A stretch of DNA of 64,000 bases from Armatimonadota bacterium (GCA_037444405.1 JBBIML010000006.1:96001-160000), one strand, 5' to 3'; counted from the stretch's first letter, positions 1-11,131 are shown. Notes: generated by a model from the letters alone, not told the origin. A program made the numbers and translations.

Positions 1-1684
1 CCACGAACGACGCGCCGAAAACCCGATACTCCCACTTCAGCCATGTGGCGGGGTTGCCAGGGTCCAAATCGGTTTTGATGGCGTACACAGAGCCGCTGGG
101 GTTGCCGATTATCACCAGGTTTTTGTCTTCCAGAATGAGCGGCGAGGCGTAGCTGAAGGGCGCGGCGGTGGCGGGCTTGATGCGCCAGTAGAGCTTCGTC
201 TCGCCCGAACTGGTGCCGTTCTGACCATCGCCCAGCGCGTCGATGCAGTAGATGAAGCCGTCCTGCGCGCCGAACACCAGCACCCAGCGCGTCGCGACGC
301 TATTGCCGTCGCGCACGCGCACCTGCCCGACCGCCGGTGTGGAGAAGACCGATTCCGTCTGCAGGTTCGCCGGCACCAGCTTGATGGCGTCGGCGACCAC
401 ATAGCGCGAGCGCTCGTTTGCGTCCTCGGGCGAGAAGTTGCTCACCCAGATTTCATAGGTTTGCCCCTGCGTGAAGGTGAAGGGCGATGCTCGCAGCAGC
501 ACCCAGTTCCCGCCTCGCGTCTGGTTAACAATCAGCGTGGCGGTTTCGAAGTCGTCTTCAACCACATAGCGGGCGCGGCGCGCATGCTGATCGCTGCTGG
601 GGAACCATGCGTACACATAGTATTGCCCGCTCTGGCTGACCGACACGCGCCAGACAGCACGACGCGCCTCAAACTGGCTCGCAGTCGGCGTGGTGCGGTA
701 GTAGGAACTGTTGTATTGATCTGGTAGATCGGTGCGCCGCTCCCAGCTGTTCGCCGTGAAGTCCGGGTCCTGATCATCGAGGATCACGCCCGTCTGACCT
801 GTGGGTATGACGCGGAACTGCCAGCGGATGCGCACATCGCGGGCAGCATCGTTATGCACATGCTCCAAGCAAGTGATGGTGCCGTTGCCGTTCGCCACGA
901 ACACAAGGTGCTGGCTCGCGTTCAGCGGGTTGCGAATGACCACCGGCGATGCCTGAATGATGCCGTAGTCGGGCACGAATCGCACGGCATCCGCCACCGC
1001 AATCGGCAGGGGCTGCTCCCCTGCATCGGGGCCCTGCGGGTCGATGCCGTTGTCGAGCGTGATGGTGATGCGTTCGCCATTGTTGCGCACGATAAAAGGC
1101 CGGTTGCCCAGCTGCTGCCAGCCGCCGCCCGTCTGATCCAGATAGAGATCGGCGACGCCGCTGGAGTCGGTAACCCGATAGTGAGCGTGCCGGAGGTTGC
1201 TGCGCATCTGACCCCCCACGCGTGTGCCCGACGAGGGCAGATGCACGAAAATCTTGTAGACGCCAGCAGGCAGCGGACCACTGTCCCATGTGAAGGTGGC
1301 GTTTGGTCGCCCCAGCGTGCCGACAGCGTAGCGGTACGGTTCGGTCGCCTGCGGGTCCTGAAGCCAGGCATCACCAACCTGCTCCTGCAGGGAGGGCACA
1401 ACCCAGGTGCCTGTGAAGGTTGCCGTCGCGCCGTCGTTATTGCTTTCGCCATCGTTATCGACAACGATTGGCTCCCGCAGTTGTGGCTGGCGTGTTTCGC
1501 CTGGAAACGGCAGAAACGGATAGGTCCAGCCCAGCAGCATCTTGACGCTGCTGCTGCGCGAGTTGCTGGTGATGCCTGTGCGCTGATTGCTGCCCCGGTG
1601 CGTCGCCCAGCTGTCCTGGGCGAGCGCCGTCGCCGTCCAGCCCATCAGCAAGACCATAACCCATACGAACCGTACCGCTCTCAT
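1..1684 (-). CDS. Secreted PQQ-type beta-propeller protein with Golvesin/Xly-like beta-sandwich domains (partial, runs off the left edge)
   Basis: Not in the ORF track. Hand translation from ATG 1684 (GGAGG upstream): MRAVRFVWVMVLLMGWTATALAQDSWATHRGSNQRTG..., i.e. signal peptide plus W..HRG...RTG propeller start. Later 'IVVDND..FTGTW' and 'LVFGAQDGFIYCIDA' motifs. Confidence 0.75.
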   Translation of the reverse strand, partial: MRAVRFVWVMVLLMGWTATALAQDSWATHRGSNQRTGITSNSRSSSVKMLLGWTYPFLPFPGETRQPQLREPIVVDNDGESNNDGATATFTGTWVVPSLQEQVGDAWLQDPQATEPYRYAVGTLGRPNATFTWDSGPLPAGVYKIFVHLPSSGTRVGGQMRSNLRHAHYRVTDSSGVADLYLDQTGGGWQQLGNRPFIVRNNGERITITLDNGIDPQGPDAGEQPLPIAVADAVRFVPDYGIIQASPVVIRNPLNASQHLVFVANGNGTITCLEHVHNDAARDVRIRWQFRVIPTGQTGVILDDQDPDFTANSWERRTDLPDQYNSSYYRTTPTASQFEARRAVWRVSVSQSGQYYVYAWFPSSDQHARRARYVVEDDFETATLIVNQTRGGNWVLLRASPFTFTQGQTYEIWVSNFSPEDANERSRYVVADAIKLVPANLQTESVFSTPAVGQVRVRDGNSVATRWVLVFGAQDGFIYCIDALGDGQNGTSSGETKLYWRIKPATAAPFSYASPLILEDKNLVIIGNPSGSVYAIKTDLDPGNPATWLKWEYRVFGASFV

Positions 1685-1711
1685 ATCTCATTCATCCTCC
1701 TGCCTGCGTGT

Positions 1712-4700
1712 TTAGAACGCGCGATCGGCGGCGCTGGGCTTGCGCAGTTGATAGGAGCCACTCATCGCCGGGCGATCCGCCGTACTCCAGACGATGGAGT
1801 TGTAGCTGAAGCCCAGCAGGCTGCCGTCACGCGGATCCATATCATTTGGATTGAAATCGCTCGCCTTGAGTTCCAGCACCTCGCCGGGGAACTCAATTGG
1901 CTCTTCGGCACCGCTGGCGTTGACGAGGGTGGTGTAGCCGCTGTAGCCGTTGACAATCAGCACATTGCCGTTGAACAGGTAGCGTGCCTGGCGCGGCTTG
2001 AAGAGGATTGGCTGCCGGGGCGGGCTTTCAGGGGCGCCGTCCACCGTCTGCAGTCGCAGCCCTTTCAGTTGGCGGCGAATGCCCAGACTATAGGCTTCAT
2101 TTGTGAGCATCCATGTGACGGGCAGCGTATCGCCAATCGTGCCTGTGAGCGGCACCTGCAGTTCGTAGATGCCCGTGCTGGTTGTCACCAGCAGGAACAG
2201 CCCGACAGCGCTTCCGCCTCCGCCACTGCTAACAAGGCTGACCCTGGAGGTGTCGATGGCGACGGGCGCCAGGATGGGCGCGACTGTGCCATCGGGCAGG
2301 CGCATCCGGGTGATGTAGAGCGTGCGATCTGCACCGCCTTCCGCCAGCTGGAGAATAATCATGCCCGCTTCGGGCGTAGCGGGTTCTGTGGCGGGGTCGG
2401 CACCGCGCGCAGAGGCGTTCTGCACCAGCGTGGCGAAGCCGATCCTGGTCATAGTGCCGTCCCAGTATTCGAACCGCTGGGCGCCCACATAGCGATAGGT
2501 CTGACCCTCTTTGAGCGTGGGCGTCATCCAGTAGAGCACGCCCGTCATCGGCAGGTTCAGCTGCGGATGCCATACCGGCTCGCCGATCGCGAAGGTGTTC
2601 GCGTCCACCACGAAGCGATCCACGATATCGACGACGCGGTTATTGCCCGTATCGGCGATGGTGTAGTGGATCCAGTATTCCCAGCCCGTGCTGCTGCGGA
2701 CGGCGTACGGGTTGCGTGCATCGGGCACGAACTCGGTCCAGACCGTGACATCGGTCGGGTTGCGCAGGGTGGCGGGCGCGCCGCTGATGTAGTTGGAGCC
2801 GAGCAGACCCTGTCGGTTCGGATCGCGCAGGTTAAGCGTGCCCGTGACATTACCGCTGGCATCGCGCAACGGCAGCAGGTCGGGCAGGAAGCCGGTGATG
2901 GTGCGCTCCTCTTCGCCCGCGCGGTTCAGAATCGCGAGACGATTGCGCTCCGGCTCCACAATCAGGAACTGGTTCTCGCCGTAGCGGTAGACGCGCGCGT
3001 TCGGCGTGAGCGGGTACTTGGCGAAGGCGGGCACGAACGAGCCGGTCGCAAACTCCAGCTGGCTGTTCTCGCTCGACCACACCACCTGACCCGCGCTGTC
3101 CACCTCCAGCAGGCGACCCTCGTCGGCAATCACCGTCAGCTGGCGGCTGTAAATCTGAAGCCCCTCGTTCGTGCCGACCACCAGCACGCCATCGCCGATG
3201 CTGACAGGCGATATTGTTGTGTAAGGCAGACTGGCGATAAATCGCCGGAAGAACTCGCGCAGAAAGGCGAACGGATTGCGCGTGATCTCCACATCGTTAA
3301 CTAAATCATCAATAAAAGGCCAGCGGATGACCGAGCCGTAGCCGAGGTTGGGGAACGGAATGGTTCCCGCCTGCGCGTGGCGCGCGCCAATATCAGGCTG
3401 GTAGCGGCGCGGGGCGGTTGCCAGACCCAGCACGCCATATATCTCCTGCCGATCGCTCACACCGGGGGGCAGCCCAACCCGCACGGGCAGATAGAGGATA
3501 TCGCCCGCCACCACTGGCGGTCCCTGCGGCACCTCGCCCGGCAGCACCGCGTACCAGAGCAGGTTGTCCCAGTTGCCAGCATAAAGCTTCTTACTGGGGT
3601 CGAGCGGGTCGCGGTCGGGGTCGATCAGCGCGTTGTAGGCGCCGACCGACACCAGCACAGGCTGCGAGATGCTGAGCGCGCTCAACAGCTCCAGCGTGCC
3701 GCCCGCCTGCGATTGACGGAAGCCGCTCAGCCGGATTTGACCCGTCGCATAGTCCACCATGATGAGCGGGTCGGGACTCTGCGGCGAGTAGGTCAGGCTC
3801 ACCTGCGTGAAGAGCGACGGGTTAGCCCCTGACCGTGCATAATCGCGCTGGGTGAGCGTGATGGGCGCATCGGTCGCAATCGGCGCGCCCAGATTGATAA
3901 TGAACTGCTCCGGCTCCGCATCGAACGCCAGCACGATAGTGTAAGGTATCTGAATGAAGCCGCCCAGCCGCACCGTGCCAAGCCCCAGCGCGTAAACAAC
4001 GCCGTTCGCGTAAACAGGCGCCTCGATGAAGGAAAAGTTCATCGCGAGCGGCGCGCCGCCAGGAAAACTATGGCTGAAATTCAGGAACGGACGCAGGAAG
4101 TCGGACAGATAGCGGTTCGGCTCGTTCCAGATGGTGGCGCCGGGCACCGAAACCATGTTCGTCTGTCCGCCTGCGGTCACGCGCTGCTGGTAGCCGCCGT
4201 GCGACTGCCAGCGCCAGAGGATGACGGAGCCACCGCCGCGCGTGCCAGCGGAACCCCACTGCTCCAGCACGGCAATCAGGTTGCCGTTGTCCGTGTTTGG
4301 ATCGCTGGAGCCACCGCCAGGGGTGAGGGTGCCCGTGGCGATATACAGGACGCCGTTGGCGCCGAGTGTGAAGCCCTGCAGATTATTCGGCGGCATCGGG
4401 CTGCCTGTCTGGGAGGCGGGCAGGCTCATAAAGGTGCGCATCATCGTGCTGGGGTTATTCGCCGTCGCCCAGTCGATGTAATAGTCGATGTAATAGAAGT
4501 TAGTATTGACTACGCCAGAATACGCCACACGCCCTGGCGAGCCGAAGTTGAAGGTACACAGGTTGGTGATCTCAGTAATCTGACCGGTTTGCGGGTTCAG
4601 CTCGTACACGCGCGGACGCAGAGGGCTATCGGAATTATTATAGATTCGTGCTTGACCCGTGATTCGGCAGCGCAGTTGACCTGTCGGGTTGCCGTTTGCA

Positions 4701-6427
4701 TCGCGCTCTATGATGAGCTGCTCGCCCTTCGCGCCGAGCCAGAACGCCTGCACACCCTGCAGCGTTTGCGTGCCCTGTCCGCTGATATCGCGTTGCGTGC
4801 CCAGATAGATGACCAGATCGCTGCCGCCGCCCTGCCCGCGATTGGGCACATAGCCCGCCACCGGCGGCACCAGCCAGTCGCCGATGCTGCTGCTGCGCGG
4901 CTGATACCATTCGGGATTCATCACGGGGTTCCGATCATCCGTAATGATATAGCGCGGATCGGTGCCGTCGCCCAGATCGATTGCCCAGAAGCCTGCCGAC
5001 GGGCGCGTGCTGACCGTCAGCGTCGCGGGCACGATCAGCATATTATCCACCGCGATTGGCGCAGGCACAGGATAGTTTTGCAGAGCGGGCGCGGCGGCGT
5101 TTGCACCGCCCGGCGCAGAGAGCGACCAGACGCGCTGCCCCTGGGGTACAATCCGCCCTGTGTTCGGGTCGCGCGGCAGCAGCCAGAAGCCGGCCACCTC
5201 GCTCCCCGTGGACACAACCACCTGCGTGCCCCTCTGAGTCTCCACAATGACGGGGGGCGACACCTTGCTGGTGCCCAGATTGAACTCCCACACCTTATCG
5301 AATCGCTCGCCACGCTCCAGGTCAGATACGCCATCATCGGTGCGCCCGTCGCCATCCAGATCGCGGTTCGGATTCGCGTCGTAGCAGATGAGCTTGTCGT
5401 TGACCGTTGCTAACACCAGCCCGCCGTACACCACCACGCCACCGTTCTGGCGATTCAGGCTGACTTGTGCATCCTTCCAGAAGGTGGCTAACGGTGCGCC
5501 GTATCGTTCGGGCGTCGAGTTGGCGCGTCGCATGTTGAGCATATCGCTGGTGCTGTTGCTCGCCCAGCGCAGCAGGTTATAGGCGAACTTCAATTCGAGG
5601 GTGGGCACCGCTTCGATGCGGTCAGCACGAGCCGTTTCGGGGATGGAGTTGTTCATGCGCACCATCGGCGCATTGATGGCGGCGGCGATGCCCGCCGCGC
5701 TCACGATGATGCGCCCTGCGCCGTAAGTGCCCGCCGCAATCACGAGCTGCGACGCGCTGACACCTGCCACCGGTTGTAGCCGTGGCTCCTGCACATTCAC
5801 GATGCCGCCGCCGAAGCCGCGCCCGCGCGCCCCGATTCGCGCAATCTCGGCGGGCGCAAGTGTGTAATAGCCGCGCAGAAGCGGATGGTTCAGATTCACA
5901 AAATTGATTGCTCCAGTGCTCGCGCTGAAGCTCACTCGCGGGAAGAACAGCTCGCCCGTGCTGCCATTAGCGGGCAGGTCAATCCACAGGATGCCGCCAC
6001 CGTCCACAAAGCGGCGCAGCTTCTCCCGCATCTCGATGGTCATCCCGTTCAGATTCGTGCGGCTCAACAGCAGAATCCGATAGCGAGAGAGTTGCGTATC
6101 GCTCACCTTGCTCAGATTGACCAGCCAGTAGGCAGCCTGATGGCGCCCTGTGCCAGCAGGCGCCAGCGGGTTCTGGAACGACAGCCCTGGCGGCTTGATG
6201 TCGTTGCGCTGATCCATCGCGTAGAAGGTGTACACATCGCGCACGACAGAATTTCGATCGCTGACGGAAGCGATTTCCTGATCGTTGAACGCGATGACCC
6301 CTGCATAGATAGGCGCCACGCGCGGGTCGTAGTTGCGCCCATCCGCCAGCGCGCTCGCCAGCCACAGATTCAGCACAGCGCCAATCGCCATCAGCCTGCC
6401 AATCGGTTTCGTTTTCATCGTCATCAC
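1712..6427 (-). CDS. Very large (1571 aa) secreted protein: N-terminal class-I GATase/DUF4159-like region plus beta-propeller repeats
   Basis: Signal peptide (..LWLASALADG); 'LRRFVDGGGILWID' and 'YGAGRIIVSA' motifs; propeller-like motifs (PPVVAGDILY, IADTGNNRVV); AGGAG RBS. Confidence 0.7.
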   Translation of the reverse strand: MMTMKTKPIGRLMAIGAVLNLWLASALADGRNYDPRVAPIYAGVIAFNDQEIASVSDRNSVVRDVYTFYAMDQRNDIKPPGLSFQNPLAPAGTGRHQAAYWLVNLSKVSDTQLSRYRILLLSRTNLNGMTIEMREKLRRFVDGGGILWIDLPANGSTGELFFPRVSFSASTGAINFVNLNHPLLRGYYTLAPAEIARIGARGRGFGGGIVNVQEPRLQPVAGVSASQLVIAAGTYGAGRIIVSAAGIAAAINAPMVRMNNSIPETARADRIEAVPTLELKFAYNLLRWASNSTSDMLNMRRANSTPERYGAPLATFWKDAQVSLNRQNGGVVVYGGLVLATVNDKLICYDANPNRDLDGDGRTDDGVSDLERGERFDKVWEFNLGTSKVSPPVIVETQRGTQVVVSTGSEVAGFWLLPRDPNTGRIVPQGQRVWSLSAPGGANAAAPALQNYPVPAPIAVDNMLIVPATLTVSTRPSAGFWAIDLGDGTDPRYIITDDRNPVMNPEWYQPRSSSIGDWLVPPVAGYVPNRGQGGGSDLVIYLGTQRDISGQGTQTLQGVQAFWLGAKGEQLIIERDANGNPTGQLRCRITGQARIYNNSDSPLRPRVYELNPQTGQITEITNLCTFNFGSPGRVAYSGVVNTNFYYIDYYIDWATANNPSTMMRTFMSLPASQTGSPMPPNNLQGFTLGANGVLYIATGTLTPGGGSSDPNTDNGNLIAVLEQWGSAGTRGGGSVILWRWQSHGGYQQRVTAGGQTNMVSVPGATIWNEPNRYLSDFLRPFLNFSHSFPGGAPLAMNFSFIEAPVYANGVVYALGLGTVRLGGFIQIPYTIVLAFDAEPEQFIINLGAPIATDAPITLTQRDYARSGANPSLFTQVSLTYSPQSPDPLIMVDYATGQIRLSGFRQSQAGGTLELLSALSISQPVLVSVGAYNALIDPDRDPLDPSKKLYAGNWDNLLWYAVLPGEVPQGPPVVAGDILYLPVRVGLPPGVSDRQEIYGVLGLATAPRRYQPDIGARHAQAGTIPFPNLGYGSVIRWPFIDDLVNDVEITRNPFAFLREFFRRFIASLPYTTISPVSIGDGVLVVGTNEGLQIYSRQLTVIADEGRLLEVDSAGQVVWSSENSQLEFATGSFVPAFAKYPLTPNARVYRYGENQFLIVEPERNRLAILNRAGEEERTITGFLPDLLPLRDASGNVTGTLNLRDPNRQGLLGSNYISGAPATLRNPTDVTVWTEFVPDARNPYAVRSSTGWEYWIHYTIADTGNNRVVDIVDRFVVDANTFAIGEPVWHPQLNLPMTGVLYWMTPTLKEGQTYRYVGAQRFEYWDGTMTRIGFATLVQNASARGADPATEPATPEAGMIILQLAEGGADRTLYITRMRLPDGTVAPILAPVAIDTSRVSLVSSGGGGSAVGLFLLVTTSTGIYELQVPLTGTIGDTLPVTWMLTNEAYSLGIRRQLKGLRLQTVDGAPESPPRQPILFKPRQARYLFNGNVLIVNGYSGYTTLVNASGAEEPIEFPGEVLELKASDFNPNDMDPRDGSLLGFSYNSIVWSTADRPAMSGSYQLRKPSAADRAF

Positions 6428-6430
6428 TCC

Positions 6431-9088
6431 TTACGGACGAGCTTCGCCTGCATAAATCGGTTTCGGGCACACAGGCAGCTTCGGGATGGGCGGCAGGATG
6501 CGCCCCGGATGTTGCCCCGACGGATCCTGCGTGCTGTCATAGGCGACGCGAATCGGCTGATTGTTCACGCGCGGGTCGCGCAGGATAGGGTCGTAGCGCA
6601 TGAAGAGATTGACTGCATAGCGCCCGCGCCCCGATTGCGTATCGTGGAAGAACTCCTGATGCTGGTCGGGGATGGTCAGCCCCGAGTTGCCGTACTCGAT
6701 GGGTATCCAGCCCCATTTGCGCAGCCATTCGGTCTGGTCGCCCAGGGGCGCGGTGAAGTTTTCGGCAATCGCGCCCACGATGGTGATTTTGATGTCAAGC
6801 GGCTCGCCATAGAAGGGAAACTCCGGCGAAGCGACTCCTGCAGGGCGCCGACCGTTGTTCGCTTGCGCGTTCGCGCGTGTGTCGCGCGGGTTGGTGTTGA
6901 ACCAGTAGCCCGGTATCACGAAGAAGCAGCCCTCCTGCGCGAACAGCACCGCCTCGATGCGAATATCCAGCGGCTGAACGACTGCCGCGCTCAACCGATA
7001 GGGCGCGTTATCGGTCGGCAGCTGGAACTGGCCCGGATCCACCAGCGGCTGCAGCTGCAGCTGCAACAGATTCTCCACGCCGGGCGTCGCGTCCAGCAGA
7101 TAGTTCGAGCCTGCTGGGGTCGGCACCAGCGTGAAGGCTATCTTCTCATAGTTCGGATAGACCTGAAAAGTGGTGCGCCCCAGCGGGTACATCGCGGGTG
7201 GAAAGCCCAGCAGGTTAAAGTTATAAAACGGGTTCTGGTTGAACGACGGGTTCACCAGCAGGTTGATGAACGAGCCGACGCTGGCGGAGGCGTGGCGCAG
7301 GTGGAGCTTCAGCCCGCCGAAGTTGCCCGTGTAGGTCTGCGGGTCAACCCCGAAGCTGAACTGCAGCTGCATCGGGCGGTTGGGCAGCACCTCAAAATAG
7401 AAGGGCGATTCGGGGTTGGTGGGGTCGCCCTCCGCCACCGACGGGCTTTGCCATGTGCGCCGCACAAACTGCGTCGTGTTCACGCACACATAGTCCTTCG
7501 CAATGATTGCCAGCGCGGAGCGGGCGTCTCCCTTCACAAGGTTGCCCTCGATATACGCCGTGCCGTTCGTTACAATCGTAATCTGTCGCCCTGACGGGAT
7601 GATGCCCCGCACGCGCACATTGCCTTCGGCATAGATGACGCCGTTGAAAGGCACGCGCAGCGCCTGCCGCTCCTGCTCGCTGCGACCAGGCACTTCGATC
7701 AGCTCGTTCGTCAGGAAGTCGAAGTTCGGGTTGCCCGGATCGGTGCTGCGGAAGAAGAATCGCAGCGTTTTGCGGTTGGTAGGCGTGCCAGTGTAGGGGT
7801 CGAACCACACATCGTTGGGCACGCTCTGGTTGCGCGTGATGCGGAAGCCCTGCTCGATGATCTGGTTGCCGTTGCGCACCTCATAGAGTTCGATATAGGC
7901 GCCGGGCGGCTCATAGAAGGGACCGTTCCAGTAGCGGGAGCCGCCGGGCTTGAGCCAGTCGCTGCGCAGGCTGTAGCCGCCGATCAGCCCGCGGCTCTCC
8001 TGCTGAATGTCCTGCGCGTTATTGATGTAGATGCCGCGCCCGTAGCCGTACTGACCCGTGTTGTACCAGGTGCCGCTGGGTCGCTGGCGCCAGATGCCCG
8101 ATTCGCGCGTGACGGACACATAGCGAGGTTGCCCGGTGGCGGTGTCGACGGTATCCATGCGGGGCGGCTCCAGATAGGCGATGGATCGCGGGAAGCCGTC
8201 GACGGCAGTGGTCGGCTTGCCGTCGCGATACAGCCCGCCGACTGTGAAGAAATCGGGGTCGCGGCTGGGCAATACGGGCGTCGCCCCTGCTGGCGTGATG
8301 ACCGAAACGGTGGTGTTATCGTTGTGGATAATCTCACCGGCGACATAGACCCGTTCGCCTCTGTCGGGGTTCAGCGCGATCTGTACATTGCCGCTCCAGC
8401 GCAGATTGCCGTTCACATAGATGGGCGCGAAGCCGACCTCACGGCGGGTGGGATCGGGGTTATTGCTGTCGGGCACAGGATTGCCCAGAATCAGCCGATA
8501 GGGCACGCCTATCCCCACATCCTCCGCACCGAACTCCATCAGTGTCGCCCGCTGATCGCGATTCATCACGAAACGCAGGTAATCGATGGTGCCAATCTGC
8601 ACATAGGCGACCTTCTCGCGGCGGCGCGTGATGTCCGCCCCACCCAGCGTGGTCGGATCGTTCGGATCCACCAGACCGGGTCGCCCGACCGATTCGATTT
8701 TAATGACAGGCTGGCGGTGGATGGGACCCGACGGCTGATAGCTCACGCGGATCAGCGCGCGCCCTTTGGTGAAGTTGATTCGGGTGAAGCCGCCTGTGCC
8801 ATCAGCAGGGTTGTACGGCTTCAGCCAGAAGTAGTCGGGGTCTTTTGGATCCGTGATATTGTCAGGAATAGGGCGCCAGTCCGCGCCGTCCTCGCTATTG
8901 ACCAGCTGATCGACCGCGTATTTGATGCCCGCTTCGGCGAAGTAGTCCGCGCTCAGCCCCTCGCGCGCCTGCTGCACATTCAGCAGGTTGCGGGCGACGG
9001 TCACGATGAACACGCCGCCCAGAATCAGCAGCACGAAGGCGACCAGCAGCGCAATCACCAGAGTCTGTCCACGCCGTGTATGTCTCAT
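6431..9088 (-). CDS. Large PilX/GspK-like minor pilin-type protein (~885 aa)
   Basis: Start reassigned to ATG 9088 (GGAGG RBS): MRHTRRG|QTLVIALLVAFVLLILGG...ADYFAEAGIKYA, a PilX-type N-terminus lacking Glu5. Confidence 0.75.
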   Translation of the reverse strand: MRHTRRGQTLVIALLVAFVLLILGGVFIVTVARNLLNVQQAREGLSADYFAEAGIKYAVDQLVNSEDGADWRPIPDNITDPKDPDYFWLKPYNPADGTGGFTRINFTKGRALIRVSYQPSGPIHRQPVIKIESVGRPGLVDPNDPTTLGGADITRRREKVAYVQIGTIDYLRFVMNRDQRATLMEFGAEDVGIGVPYRLILGNPVPDSNNPDPTRREVGFAPIYVNGNLRWSGNVQIALNPDRGERVYVAGEIIHNDNTTVSVITPAGATPVLPSRDPDFFTVGGLYRDGKPTTAVDGFPRSIAYLEPPRMDTVDTATGQPRYVSVTRESGIWRQRPSGTWYNTGQYGYGRGIYINNAQDIQQESRGLIGGYSLRSDWLKPGGSRYWNGPFYEPPGAYIELYEVRNGNQIIEQGFRITRNQSVPNDVWFDPYTGTPTNRKTLRFFFRSTDPGNPNFDFLTNELIEVPGRSEQERQALRVPFNGVIYAEGNVRVRGIIPSGRQITIVTNGTAYIEGNLVKGDARSALAIIAKDYVCVNTTQFVRRTWQSPSVAEGDPTNPESPFYFEVLPNRPMQLQFSFGVDPQTYTGNFGGLKLHLRHASASVGSFINLLVNPSFNQNPFYNFNLLGFPPAMYPLGRTTFQVYPNYEKIAFTLVPTPAGSNYLLDATPGVENLLQLQLQPLVDPGQFQLPTDNAPYRLSAAVVQPLDIRIEAVLFAQEGCFFVIPGYWFNTNPRDTRANAQANNGRRPAGVASPEFPFYGEPLDIKITIVGAIAENFTAPLGDQTEWLRKWGWIPIEYGNSGLTIPDQHQEFFHDTQSGRGRYAVNLFMRYDPILRDPRVNNQPIRVAYDSTQDPSGQHPGRILPPIPKLPVCPKPIYAGEARP

Positions 9089-9101
9089 CGTTCTCGCCTC
9101 C

Positions 9102-11021
9102 CTACTGCCCGCGCAGCTGCACAAGATTTGGCAGCTCGATCTGGGTGTTGAGCGCGTAGTTCACCGTGCGCTCCGCGCCGTAAAACTTCATGCCGACCTG
9201 CAGCGTCATCACGCGCCGCGTCTCATAGTCCACCACCGCCGAATCGGTGGGCTGGTTGAACTGGTAATAGAAGGTGACCATTACATTGTTTTCGCCGGGC
9301 GGAAGCGGGCTGTTCGGATCAGAGTAGAACTCAATATAGCCGCGCAGCAGCGACGGCTCGAAGCCGAGCGTGTTCAGCACCTGTTGCATCGGCGTGCTGT
9401 CGGTGTAGAGAATCCGATACTGGTTGGGTCCCACATCGCGGGTCGCGCTGGCGACACGCTGATAGCGGATGGGCCTGCCGTAGTTGGGTCCAGGGCGCTG
9501 ATCGGGACCAACCACCACTTCCGAGCCTGCCACAATCGAAGCGTTAGGCAGCGCCAGATAGTTGCGCAGCGGATCGTCGACCTGCCCATCGTTGTCGAGA
9601 TCGATCAGGCTGATATAGCGCTTCACATTATTGATGTTGTTAGGATCAAGGCGATACTGGTAGTTGAAGCGCCCGTTGATGGTTTTGATGTCAGGGTCCG
9701 GGTCGGTGGCGGGTGTGGCGTAGATGCCCGTGCTGAAGACCAGCCCCACTTGCTGATTGACAGGGTAATCCATCCATCTGCCCATCCACCAGGGGATGGC
9801 GAACTCCAGTTGACCCGCCTCATCATTCAGATAGAACGCCATCATCTCGGTGCTGTTCGGATCGACGAGTGTGAACCAGCGGGTGTCAGGCGTGCCGCTC
9901 AAAAGCGCCTGGCGGAACAGCGTGAGGTTGCACACCCGCTCGTTAATCTCCTGCCGCGTGGTCGGGTCATACCGATAGTAGCAGAGATACCAGTGGTCGA
10001 CAGTGTCGTCGTAGAGCGTGTAGAAGTAGCGCAGGGGCTGGGGCGGGTTGCGCTGGAGCGAATCGGGCGCACTGCGAAACACGAAGAGGCGGAACACATC
10101 GGGGTTCAGCGTCCACAAGCCGTGCGGGAACTTAATCTGGATGGGGATAATCGCGCCCATCTCGTCGCTGAGGGTCTGCGTTTCCACAGGCGAGCCTGCC
10201 TGATTCACGATCTGGGCAGGCTTGAACTGCAGCAGTGGCACCACCTGCGGGTTGCCCTGCGAATCGCGCGTGAGATTAATCATATCGACCTGCCCGACGG
10301 GTCCGATAGGTTTGGCGACCTCGCGCCAGCCGCGCCAGTGACGCCCGTAGAAGAAGTTCGGGTCATAAAAATCGGCAATCGTGTCGAACAGCTTCGGGTT
10401 CAGCCGCCACCGATTGTTATTATCCTTCACATAGAGGGGGAACTCAGCGCGGTACAGCACGGCGAGGTTCTCCTTCGCGGTGGCGGCGGTCATCGGCTCC
10501 TCTTCCGGGTTGAAGTAGGGCTGGTCAGGAACGCCGTCGTTGTTGCTGTCGGTATTGTCCTGCAACCCGATGAAGTACATTACAATGGTGCGTCCGGGCG
10601 AGAGCGGCATCGCCAGCTCCGCGTCGGGTTCACCGCGCCGACCAATCGGGATTTCGGAGGTGGGGTCGTTCGACTCCTGAGATGGATCGCCATAGGCGGG
10701 CGGCACCAGAATGATCATCGCGTTGCGCATCGGCACCGCGACGGGGCGATCGTCCCTGCCCTTCACCCAGATGTTGATGGTGCGGTGGCTGGTGTCGAAC
10801 ACATAGGCGGCGCGTTTGAGGTCGGTCTGAATCCGTTCGAGGGCGAGGCGGGTGGTGGTCTGCGCCTGCGATTGCACCTGACCCTGACGGGTGTAGCGAA
10901 AGCCCTGAATCAGGGGTATGAGCAAAAGCCCCAGCAGAACTGCGGTGATGGCAATCACCACCAGCAGCTCCACCAGCGTGAAGCCCTGCCGCTGCCCGAT
11001 TCGTATCGTCCGTCCTATCAT
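9102..11021 (-). CDS. Prepilin-type N-terminal cleavage/methylation protein (PilW/GspJ-like, 639 aa)
   Basis: QG|FTLVELLVVIAITAVLLGLL type IV pilin motif. Confidence 0.85.
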   Translation of the reverse strand: MIGRTIRIGQRQGFTLVELLVVIAITAVLLGLLLIPLIQGFRYTRQGQVQSQAQTTTRLALERIQTDLKRAAYVFDTSHRTINIWVKGRDDRPVAVPMRNAMIILVPPAYGDPSQESNDPTSEIPIGRRGEPDAELAMPLSPGRTIVMYFIGLQDNTDSNNDGVPDQPYFNPEEEPMTAATAKENLAVLYRAEFPLYVKDNNNRWRLNPKLFDTIADFYDPNFFYGRHWRGWREVAKPIGPVGQVDMINLTRDSQGNPQVVPLLQFKPAQIVNQAGSPVETQTLSDEMGAIIPIQIKFPHGLWTLNPDVFRLFVFRSAPDSLQRNPPQPLRYFYTLYDDTVDHWYLCYYRYDPTTRQEINERVCNLTLFRQALLSGTPDTRWFTLVDPNSTEMMAFYLNDEAGQLEFAIPWWMGRWMDYPVNQQVGLVFSTGIYATPATDPDPDIKTINGRFNYQYRLDPNNINNVKRYISLIDLDNDGQVDDPLRNYLALPNASIVAGSEVVVGPDQRPGPNYGRPIRYQRVASATRDVGPNQYRILYTDSTPMQQVLNTLGFEPSLLRGYIEFYSDPNSPLPPGENNVMVTFYYQFNQPTDSAVVDYETRRVMTLQVGMKFYGAERTVNYALNTQIELPNLVQLRGQ

Positions 11022-11085
11022 TGCCTGCTCGTCCTTATTTCTGACCGTTCATTTAATTTTCAGGTTCCCCTCGCTCCTCGCCTGC

Positions 11086-11126
11086 CCCCTCACCTGTGCC
11101 CTCTCCCCCACAGGCGGATGAGCGGG
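11086..11126. repeat. Degenerate copy of the CCCCTCACC..CCCTCTCCC palindromic repeat family
   Basis: cccctcacctgtgccctctcccccacaggcggatgagcggg resembles the copies at 22731, 23518 and 36301. Confidence 0.45.
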
Positions 11127-11131
11127 TTGAG

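Noticed and set aside
1455..1691. 78-aa minus-strand ORF MRYESG...
   Set aside because: Wrong frame; the real gene starts at ATG 1684 with a signal peptide.
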